A stretch of 64,000 nucleotides of DNA. Source: Ptychomitrium polyphyllum (taxonomy: Eukaryota). The notes under the pieces are model-generated. The model was not told the DNA's origin. It saw only the letters and a list, made by a program, of their open reading frames with translations, and made no database searches. Each line of letters begins with the position of its first letter. Position 1 is the first letter of the stretch. Position numbers and translations under genes: made by a program. Location of the stretch: NCBI GenBank assembly GCA_973851085.1, contig OZ316775.1, positions 248,001 through 312,000 on the forward strand, given 5' to 3'. This document shows positions 40,078-50,479 of this stretch, in pieces.

Positions 40078-41580
40078 ATGGTGCAGACACGGAGTCGATA
40101 TTATCGATCTCCGTCATTAGACTACTTAAAAGGTGCACACACCAAAGACTTTGAGCTAGCGGTAGATACCAACAAGGCTTTTGAGCCTATTTTGACGTTG
40201 GATACTACTAGTAGGCTTCGGGTTTGGAGTGTCGACACATTTGACGAGATGGATGACGATCCTTGCCATGTCGTAAGGGATCAATTCTCCGGAAGGGCTG
40301 GGGGCATTTTCCTACCCAATTAGAAGCTCAGGTTTTGGACTTGGATGAAAAAGAAGCGCCAGCGGTCTCTGAATTTCAATAACTGGTACGCATTTGAGCT
40401 GTTGCCATAGCATTTGGAGTTTGAGGCACTTTAGACATATGAGGTGTGGACTCATGAGAATGAGCTCCAATTGCGTAAGGTGAAACGCTATTGGGAGGCT
40501 TGTGCGGAGCTCATTTCTGGCCTGAAGGAAGGTGCAGTAGCCAATTTGATCCCTATAATGAAGATAGAAGAGAAGCCTGCAGAAGGGAGTGGCTCATCTT
40601 CCAAAGACACAAAGGACAAGGCTTCGGTAGTGAGTCAATCCTCTGTCACAATATCACAATTGGCGCAAGCTACGCCAGTAGCGTTGTCTGCAATTGATCA
40701 GCCGCCGTTGTTTGAGCCACTTTGCTTGTTCATAGTTCATATGGAGGTTGAGTATGGAGGCTTCAGGCGTGATTAAATGCAACACATCCAAGACTTCTGT
40801 CGGAAGAAGGAAGATATTCCACATACCATGTATATCCAATTGGCGAGGTTTGTAATGGAATCTGGAGGTGTATTTGCAGAGAGTCAGCTTGTCAAGATCT
40901 TTTTGTCCAAGATTGACAAACAACTGTTAGACTTGGCTATACCAAGGGTTATTTTCAACTACCACGGTTGAAAAACGTTGGCTCAAGCATTTACCAAAGT
41001 TGAGATGTGTGATCGATTTCTCTATTAGTACACTGTCAATGATATGGTTTCTTGGATGAGAGATGCTTCCAAGTTCAAAAAGGCTGCTATTGCTACAAGT
41101 AGTTTGGCAAAGACTTAGGCTGAGAAGATTCTCCATTATTGAGGGTGTGGTAAAGCTGGCCATACCAAGAATGATCCTAATTGCCCAAAGAAGAAGAGAG
41201 CTTCAACGTTAGATAAGTCTAAGCAGAGGGCAGATGTGGTTAAGACTGCAGAGAAGGCCAAGAAGAAGCAGTTGAAGTATTCTTATTGTGGCAATCTCAA
41301 TCATGATGATGATCACTGCTTTATTTGACATCCGGAGAAGCAACCTGTTTTGAAAAATAAAAAAGCATTAGAAGCCAAGATTACAGAGTTGGAGAAGAAA
41401 TTCCAGACTATGGCTTCATTGGGTCATGTTACTGACTTTAGAGTGGTTTCTTGGGGTGGAACAAGCACTTCTGCTTCAAATGTTTATATGTTTGGGGCTT
41501 CAAGGGAGATGGTGGCTGCAATTGCCACATGTGCCCAAACAACAGCCAAAATGATGACAACCAACAGAGGTGAATCACAA
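40078..41580 (+). pseudogene. gag of the outer element, with two degenerate CCHC zinc knuckles
   Basis: Fragmented ORFs at 40078, 40444, 40777 and 41350. Knuckles (Y*)GCGKAGHTKNDPNC at ~41137-41184 and YSYCGNLNHDDDHC at ~41278-41319. Many in-frame stops. Confidence 0.75.
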
Positions 41581-42072
41581 TAGAGCGTACGTACGTATCA
41601 TAGTGGTTCATTAGATTAGATTGGCCAAGCCCGGTTGCCATTATCATTTGGCTTGGCAAATGCTAGTTCTGCATGTCGACCAATTCTTCCAGCTTTAGCA
41701 CAAGATGGAGGAACATCTTTTAGAAACTTGGCACACATTTTGGCACACAAGGTGTTGCATATGCCTATTTTCTCCAGTATTGAGTTGACGACACCAAATT
41801 TTCATCCAACTAGGATTTTTCACTTGGTTGGCAAGATATTGGAAGGCAAGGTGGTTATGCCATCTCTTAAAGTGGCTCAAGTAGTCACTAGGCATTCTAC
41901 AAATGAGGATTTGGCTATGTTGCAGGCCAAGCTTGCAGCTAAAGCCATTGCAGCATTTGTTGCAATTACTTTACAGCAAATAAAGCTAAGTCCTTTATTT
42001 GATGAGCCATTGGCTACATGAGTGGCATATTTATCTAACGTTGCAGCTAGGCCTGCTTGAGAATGTCAAAAC

Positions 42073-42459
42073 TTGCAACCAATAGTGGTGCGGCTAGTTA
42101 ATGACAACAATGTACTTGTTATTAGCTCTATTGGTGGCAATGCAACTTGTACTACACCGGTGAGAGTTATTATGGACTTTGGTGCTCAGCCAGTCATGAT
42201 TGGCAAGCGACTTGCTCAAGAGCTAGGTCTAGGTGATGCAGACTTTGAGCCTTGTGCATTTATTATCATCACTTCAGTTGGAGGCACCGAGCATACTACT
42301 GGCTATACTAGACAACCATTGCAATTGATTCTCCGCATAATTTCTGGACCTCTTTATTTACACTTGTCTCTACAATGTACAATAACCACTCCTACCAACT
42401 ATGAAATTTTAATTGATCAGCAGGCACTTTATCCGCTCGGTTTTGGTTTAGACAATTAA
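42073..42459 (+). pseudogene. Aspartic protease of the outer element
   Basis: VIMDFGAQPVMIG corresponds to the retropepsin D[ST]GA motif (TCT>TTT). YEILIDQQAL corresponds to the ILG motif. Confidence 0.75.
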
Positions 42460-42749
42460 ATTGAAGAGGCGTAGATTAAGCTAGGTTGGTCCGCAAGAGA
42501 AAGAAGGAAAGAATTCATTCATGTAGCATTTGCAGCAATTGCCATGACTATGTCGGCAGAGACTTTATTTACTTGCACCGCCTTAGCAGTAGACTTACCT
42601 TGTGGACCTATTCTGCTAAAGGAGAAATTTGCATTATGTCTAGTTCAGTGGAACAACATGGTTTACTACCTTTAGGGGTTCCTGCACAACATTGCAAAGA
42701 TCCATCACTATCTACCTTTGCCCATCCTATTCATTGGCATCCACCAACT

Positions 42750-43465
42750 GAGGGTATTACCCTGGTGGAGCTATTTTCAAGCATTGGTATCGATTTGGCG
42801 GTAGTTTTGGAGGCCGGACTTAAGGTCCGGCGGTACATTCACGTAGATATTGGCTTTGTATCCAATTGAGCAGCCCAACATCACCTCCAAAGGTTATTGC
42901 TTCTATACCCGGAGCAGTTACCTTCATCTGCCATCCGCGCTTGTTTTGGCCAACTCCCTCAAGATATCACTCTCATTAATGATGAGGATTTGAGGAGATT
43001 GGGCCATGTTGACTTATTCATTGTTGGATGGCCTTATTAAAGCCATTCACGTGCCGGAGCAGGTCGAGATTTGGACGACCCCTAGTCAAGTTTATTTGCA
43101 AACTTGATCTGACTCACACACTGGTGGTTTACACACTAAGCTACATCGCTTGTATTGTACACCTCTCCTTGAAGAATGCCCGCAACACTAAGGGCACAAG
43201 GGGGACCCTGGATGGAGGTCCGGGACTTGTGGCGCCGATATTAAAGTGGCCCGAGTAGGCCAACTTTGGAATGCCCAAATTAGAGACATATCCGAGATCT
43301 TTTGCATTCCGAGCATATGGGCCTTGCAGGGTTTGGGATTCACATTCACAAACTCATGAAGAGCCTACTATAGATGAGAGGGAGCGCTATGTAGTTTCTG
43401 ATAGGCACTACAATTGTTCATGATCTCACTAAGGATCAACGTCGCTTTTTTTTGGGCCAAGTTAT
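42750..43465 (+). pseudogene. DNA (cytosine-5)-methyltransferase domain within the outer element's pol. Its C-terminal end continues at 50004-~50070, after the nested insertion.
   Basis: Motif I LVELFSSIG (42762-42788). Motif II-like YIHVD. Motif III-like QDITLI. Motif IV VDLFIVGWPY*SHSRAG (43026-43040, restorable to GWPCQ). Motif V DDP*SSLF. Motif IX EPTIDERER/AM*F. Motif X RRFFLGQ(A)M|DFNTL, split by the insertion. Confidence 0.88.
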
Positions 43466-44036
43466 TGTTAGGGACACAAAAACAAGAAGCAGAAACAAAG
43501 TGTTTCCCACGAATTAGCTTCCAAGGAGCTAATGATTAACAAGAATTTGATACAAAGACTAGAACAAGGCAAGATTCAAGATGATCTACAACTTATATTG
43601 GCAAGACTAAAGACTACCTTGTCTTGCCTCCTATTTATATTATGACGTTTGTATCTCTTAGATTACTTCTAAAAAAGTTGCCTATAAGGCTTAAGAATGT
43701 TCTAGAAGTCTAAGGAACCTTCCCAAGAAATTTTCCAAAGATGTTGGAAGCTTCCTCAGAAGCTTCCAAGGAGTTGAAACCTTCCATGGAAGTTTTCTAA
43801 GATGTTGGAACCTTCCTTGGAGATTCCCTAAGGTGGTAGAATTTTTTAAGGAAGTTTCCTAAGATAATGGAACCTTCCTAGGAAGTTTTCTAAGGTGGAG
43901 GAGCTATCTTAGGAAGCTTCCTAAAAAGATAGAAAGACTATGGAGACATTTAAAAGTATTCTAAGAAGCTATTATAGTATACTAGAAGGTCTTATAATGT
44001 TTTGAGGACTATGTTGCCTGATCTATGTCCGTAACA
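43466..44036 (-). repeat. 3' LTR of the nested chromovirus
   Basis: Direct repeat of 49432-50003. Contains a ~20-30-bp internal array (GGAACCTTCC..GGAAGTTTTCTAAG) at ~43700-43925. Adjacent to the PPT. Confidence 0.95.
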
Positions 44037-44702
44037 TCACCTCCCTATTTAGCGACGAGTCCTATGAAGAACTGTTTCTTTGGCTTGTTTGTCACATTTC
44101 TATCACTTCTAACATTTGTGGAAGGAATGAAGCAACATATTCTGCTCGTTTTTATTTATTCATTGGTTCAACTAGTCCTTGCAAAAAATACCAACAACTT
44201 CCAGCCAAGACTTCTGTTGTTGAAATGTTCCATCTTAAGATTTGATCTTGATTAAGTCCTTCAAAACATCCTCCAAGTAAGATTTCGGGTCCTCTTTGAA
44301 TGACTCGTCCAATTTCTAACAAGATGACTAAAGTACAAGCATCTAAATTAAGACTGGAATGTGAAGGGCATCTAGCCAATACTTTTGCACAAGGTCGTAC
44401 TTGACGTTGGAATGTTCCTTTCATATCTTGGCTTAGATCCTCTGTTTTCAAAGGTTGAGAAAGTTGATTTGGCTCAACAAATGTTGTTGTTGATGAAGGC
44501 ATGGCCGACTGCTCTTCACGCATATCCATAATAACACAAAGATTTGACATGCTAGCTAGGATCTAGAAATGATCTATTTTGGAAATAATATTGTATACAA
44601 TTAGAGGTTTGGATATCTTTCCTCCCTTCTTATACTTGTCTATGAAGGAAAAACTTCTCTATAAAGCTAACAGCTACTGATGATACATCATCACTGACCT
44701 GG

Positions 44703-47700
44703 TTATTGAGGATATCTTTGATGAAATTCGGATACCTTCGCAGATGCATTTGTTACATTCAATGAAGGTTTCCATGTTCGATCATTGATGCCATATCCTT
44801 GCTAATGTATAAAATACTCTACACATCCGTTCTTGATGCGTTAATTCAAGATCTCTTCCACTTCATATTAGATTTCATTATTGATTTCCAACAGAGGAGG
44901 CGGATGGACAATTCTCTCTGGTATACATGATTTGTTATAGCTTTTCAACAACAATACGTGGAATACTGGATGAATTTGCATGCTTGGTAGTGGCTTTAAG
45001 CAATAACTAATCGGATTTATCTATTTGCTGAAATCAAACGGATCCAACCTTTGATAGTTCAACTTCTTTGATGGTCTTTTTGTTTGTATATTTTGTCATA
45101 GGAGCCATACGCTATCTCCAACTTTGAACTCTAAATGATCCTTTCGATGGCGATCTGCATAAGTTTTGTAACAATCTTGAGCTTGTTGTAACTGGGAGGT
45201 AATTTCTTGATGGATTTTAGTAAGTTGAATTGCAAAATCCTTTGCTGCAGGACTTCCAACATGCTTCACTTGAAATGGATCTGCTCGAGGATGATGCCCA
45301 TAGTTTGCAAAGAATGGACTTTGAGTTGTTAAAAAATGCACCGTATTGTTGTAAGCAAAATTTGCCAAAGGCAAGAGATCCATCCAACTGTCTTGTTGGT
45401 AGTTTATGCTACAACAAAGGTACTACTCCAAAATTTGATTCACATATTTGGTTTAACCATCAATTTGCAGATGGTGTGCTAAAAAAAAGTTAATCAATAC
45501 GTGCAACAGCTAGAATAGAGCCTTCCAAAAGTTGGAAATGAACTGCGGCCCTCGATCGGATACAATATCATCTGGTAGTCCATATATGCGGTAGACGTGA
45601 TTTAGAAACAACTTGCCAGTTTCTTCTCCCGTTGCCGTCTTGTTGCATGGAATGAAATATGCCATTTTGGTAAATTAATCCACCACTACCAAAATAGAAT
45701 CCTTAGAATCGGAATTTGAAAGGTCCGTGATAAAATCCATTGATAAAGACAACCATGGACCCTTTGGCACTGGAAGCGGATGGAGGAGACCATGAGATTG
45801 GTGCCTTGGTACCTTGGCTCTTGCACAAGTATTGCATAATCGAATAAAATCCTTCACGTACTTCCACATTTGTGGCCACCAATAGTCTCTTGCAATCAAC
45901 TCCATTGTTTTATTGAATCCAAAATGTCCTGCTGCTGGAAAATCATGACGTGATTGAAGGATCTTCAACCGCAAAGGGCCTAGAGGTAGGTACAAAAGTC
46001 CTTTATAATAAAGTAGGCCCTCTTGGAATTCAAAATCCTCATCGCTATTTGAAGGACCTCCATTATCTTTGAGGCGCTTTTTTATATTTGATACAAAGAC
46101 GTCATTCTTTAAAGCCTTCTGAATTTCGTCAAGATACGATGTTGTCGTTATAATCGTTACTTTCAATTGAAGATTCTCTGGTTTCAATAACATAGTCCTT
46201 TGTTGATTCAAAACATCATCTCCAGGTTGAGGAGCTAAATAAGATCTTCGAGATAAGGCATCTGGCTTACCTTGCAAGCTACCAGATCGGTAGGTAATGA
46301 CAAAGTCAAATCTGGAAAGCGACATACTCCACCTTGCTTGACAGCGATTCAAAACGTGCACACTCATGAAATATTCCAAGTTCTTGTGGTCTGTGTATAT
46401 CGTAATGGTATGTTGAGCTCCTTTGAACAAGTGTCCCCATTCTTCAAACGCATCCACAATTGCAAGTAGTTCTTTATCATGTATATCATAGTTGATCTCT
46501 GCCGCTAAGAACTTCCTTGAACGAAAGACAAGAGGACAAAGTCTCCCGTCTTCATCATATTGTGAGAGTACTGAGCCAAGCGCAAAATCTGAAGCATCCG
46601 CTTCCAAATAAAAAGGCTTTGATGGATTTGGATGAATAAGAATTGGAGCCGACGTGAATGACTTCTTAAGACTTTGAAATGCTTTTTCCGCCTCCTCATC
46701 TCAAATGAAGTTTTGCTTCCCCATAAGACGTATTAATGATGCCGCAATTTTGGAATAATTCTTGATGAATATTCTGTAGAAGTTTGCAAATCCCAAGAAG
46801 CATTAAACATCTCGAATTGATCTTGGCGTATTCCACTCCATGACAGTGCTTATTTTTTTCTTATCCATATGGATTCCTCCTTTGGAAATGATGTAGCCTA
46901 AAAATTCAACCGATGATTCATGGAAAAGGCACTTCTCCAATTTGGCATGTAATCCTCGCTGGGGTAGTTTTTCTAAGACCAATCGCACATGACATTCGTG
47001 GTCTTGTTCATCCTTTGAATATATCAAAATGTCATTCAAGTAGATGACTACAAAATTGTCCAAATGTTCATGGAAGATATCATTCATCATGTATTGGAAG
47101 ACAGTAGGGGCATTAATAAGGCCAAAAGCCATGACATTGTATTCAAAATGACCATACTTAGATCGAAAAGCTGTCTTCCATTTGTCTCCTTCTTTGATGC
47201 GTACAAGATTGTAGGCTCCTCTAAGATCAATTTTGGTGAATATCTTTGCTTGGCCAAGTTGTTGTAGGAGTCCTGAGATTAATGGTAATGGATAGCGATT
47301 CTTTTTTGTTACTTTATTGAGGCCTCGATAGTCCACGCACATACGTAATGATCCATCTTTCTTCTTTACAAATAAAATGGGTGCTCCAGCAGGTGATTTA
47401 GAATGTTGAATGAAACCCTTTCCAAGGTTTTCATCAATATATTCTCTCAAGGCAGCCAACTCAGTTTGTGATAAGTTATAAATAGGTCCAAAAGGTGGTT
47501 GGGCTCCTTCTTGCAACTCAATGGTACAATCGTATGGCCGGTGCTTTGGTAACATGTCCGCATTCTTCTTTTCAAAAACGTCTTTATAATCTTGATATTG
47601 ACGAGATATGTTTGGATTAGTCTCTATTATAGAGCTAGACATTGGTGCGGCATAAATGGTATAAATTAGTTCATGATATACTGCTCTCATGAGTGTTTTA

Positions 47701-48170
47701 GCTCCAATAAATGATGGTCCAAGATTTCTCGTACCTTGGCGTCTTTTCCTTAAGACCATACTCCGTGAGTGCCAATCAATGTTTAGATTATGTAATTCAA
47801 ACCAGGAAAGGCCCGAGACAATAGGACTTGTTCGGCATTAAATGATGTTGAAGACAATCTTAGATGCATGGTCCTCTAAAACAACCTTTAATGGTTGAGT
47901 TTCTTTAATAACGTTGTTAGATGCAAGAGATCGTCTGTCAATAACTTCAACAAGTGCGGGGTATTTTTTGTTCACTAGCACTATGTGATGTTTGGTTGCA
48001 AAATCCTTGTCCATGAAACATGCCGTTGCACCAGTGTCTAATAGAGCCTCACTAACTATTTCATCATTTAACAATTTAATTTTGATAGAAAATGTAAAAC
48101 AAGAGGTAGGGTTTGAAGGTAATAAGAGACCTTGATTTAATGGTCGTTTCCTTCTGGTGTCCAATTGCAT
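44703..48170 (-). pseudogene. pol of the nested chromovirus (PR-RT-RH-INT-chromodomain), with stops and frameshifts
   Basis: ORFs 47838-48170 (PR), 46803-47759 (RT), 45675-46607 (RH and integrase HHCC), 45096-45383 (integrase C-terminal part). Chromodomain YEVEEILN*RIKNGCVEYFIH*QGYGINDRTWKPSLNV at ~44869-44755. Confidence 0.92.
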
Positions 48171-48178
48171 GGTCCCTA

Positions 48179-49195
48179 CTATGACTGGGCAGCTTCATTT
48201 TCCAACTCCAGCATTGTGCTTTGAGCCTTAAAGGTAGTTCTTTTAATTTGGAAATTGCACACTTTATATCCAAACTTGCCACAATACAAATATAGGTTTT
48301 TTCTTTGACGCCTTTCTTTTTCTTCTAGAGCCAAACATCTAAATTGGGCAGCATCAATTTGTGTAGGTTCTGGTCCTTGTGATTGGCTTTCCGATATTCT
48401 TGAAAAAGTGCTAGCCATGTTTTGATGTACTAATTGCCATCCCAAGCATTGTTCTTGGCGCCTTTCAAATAGTCTGTTGTCACATGCTATTGTTTGAGTG
48501 ATGAATTTGTTCAATGTTTCAATTCTTGGCATTGTGAGTATCAAGTCCTTTACATTCTCTCTTAAATTCCATCGGAATTGTTTAACCAAGGCTTTATCAT
48601 TCCAATTAAGGTCGCAAGTTAATTGTCAAAACTCTGCAGCATATGTATTAGCTAAGTGTTGTCTTTGTTGTAGACTTTGAATCCTTGTCTCAGCCCTCCT
48701 CTCTCGGTCGATGTCTCCAAAAATAGATGTCAATGCTTCTATGAAAGCATCTAAGTTGTTTAATAATGGTGACTGCTTTTCCATTAATAGTACAAACTAC
48801 GATAGTGCATTGTTTATTAAAAAAGTGGCTACAAATCCCACTTGAGTTGTGCCATTAAGATAGCAAGATGGATGCAAACTAAGGAAGAACCTTAGTTGTT
48901 GGGCAAAGCCTCTTAATTTTGATCTTGATCCATTGAATTTGGCCGGCATGCAAATCTTTGGCTTTGTATGGGTTTGACGTAAGCCTTCTCTTCCAATATT
49001 GGCCTCTTACAATCAAACAACCTCTTCATATAGGCTTTGAATATCACAATTGGCTTTTTTAGCTTGCCGAGTGTGTTGCTTCAAATTATTGGTAATGTTG
49101 AAGCAAGCAAGTTCCGTTCAAACTGTGTTTAATAACTCTTGAAGGTCTGCAATAGTTGCAAATCTATTCTCTAATGTTCCAGACACGTTATCCAT
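48179..49195 (-). pseudogene. gag of the nested chromovirus
   Basis: ICMPAKFNGSRSKLRGF, QFRWNLRENVKD, GPEPTQID, and a degenerate knuckle LYLYCGKFGYKVCNF. Stop at 48181-48179. Confidence 0.85.
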
Positions 49196-49431
49196 TTCTT
49201 AAGACTATAAAAAACAAGAAGACTATGAGTACTTTCAAAAGAGGGTAATCCACGTCCTTTAAAAGAAATAATACTTAGTTCTAGAAGAAAAAACCAACTT
49301 TATGGTGCCAGCTTAGAGGAGGGTAATCCGCAACCTCTAAGACGCTATGGAATCCTAAAGAAGACAGGTAATCTATAATCTTCTTCAAAGAACCTTAGCT
49401 CTGACAAAGATGAAGAGTATTCTTGCCAAAC

Positions 49432-50003
49432 TATTAGGGATACAAGAAACAAGAAGCAAAAACAAAGTGTTTCCCAAGAATTAGCTTCCAAGGAGCTAAT
49501 GATTAATAAGAACTTGATACAAAGACTAGAACAAGGCAAGATTCAAGATGATCTACAACTTATATTGGCAAGACTAAAGACTACCTTGTCTTGCCTCCTA
49601 TTTATATTATGACGTTTGTATCTCTTAGATTACTTCTAAACAAGTTGCCTATAAGGCTTAAGAATGTTCTAGAAGTCTAAGGAACCTTCCCAAGAAGTTT
49701 CCTAAGATGTTGGAACCTTCCTTGGAAATTTCCTAAGGTAGCGAAACTTTCTTAGGTAGTTTCCTAATGAAATAAAACCTTCTTAGAAAGTTTTCCAAGG
49801 TGGTGGAACTTTTTAAGGAAGTTTCCTAAGATGATAGAACCTTCCTAAGAAGTTTTCTAAGATGGAGGAGCTTTCTTAGGAAGCTTTCTAAGAATATAGA
49901 AAGGCTATGGAGACATTTAAAAGTATTCTAAGAAGCTATTATAGTATACTAGAAGGTTCTATAAAGTTCTAAGGACTATGTTGCATGATCTATGTCTGTG
50001 ACA
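49432..50003 (-). repeat. 5' LTR of the nested chromovirus, with TATA box
   Basis: Copy of 43466-44036. Minus-strand ATATAAATAG at 49607-49598. Confidence 0.95.
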
Positions 50004-50479
50004 ACTATAGACTTCAACACTTTGGTGTAGGTTTTTGGCATATCTCTTGTTGTCCAACAACATCATGATGGCCATTTGCTTTTCCTTAGGTCAGAGAGCA
50101 ATGGTCAGGGGGCAATAGAGCCAAAACTTAGTGAGGTTGAGGAATTTGTGTTAGTTTTTTGCTTGAAATGGCATGCAACAAAAGAGCTACGGGCTCAATG
50201 CGTTTTTTGTTGCTTTGGCATAAGACTTTGGAAAAGCAGATGCCCAAGAGATATTTTCACAGCTCTTTTTGCAAGGTACTCCATATCCTGGTGAAACCGC
50301 CATCTCACACATGGATGATGGTAGTGAAGCTCCTCATTTGGCTTCTAGTAAAGATGATGGAAGCATGGAAGTTGTTTCTGCCACAGATTAGCGGTTAGAG
50401 GCCGTGTTGGTTTATAGTGGTTCTCAATTGGCAAAGAAAGAGACCAAAGAGTTTGATGATTGGCCATTGGAATTAGGGC

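Larger units (their letters stand above)
43466..50003 (-). mobile_element. Nested Ty3/Gypsy chromovirus (Tcn1/Tf1-like), full length but decayed
   Basis: LTRs 43466-44036 and 49432-50003 (TG..CA; one terminus mutated to TA). Degenerate TSD GTTAT/ACTAT. PPT AATAGGGAGGTGA on minus at ~44049-44037. Contains gag, protease LLDTGAT, RT ([15 protein letters not shown]), RNase H (EADASDFALG), integrase (HHCC, WLSLSMDFIT) and a chromodomain. Confidence 0.95.

Noticed and set aside
42750..43465. Host DRM/CMT/MET1 pseudogene interpretation
   Set aside because: Intronless, co-oriented and embedded between PR and RT. It lacks BAH, chromo and UBA domains and is not circularly permuted.
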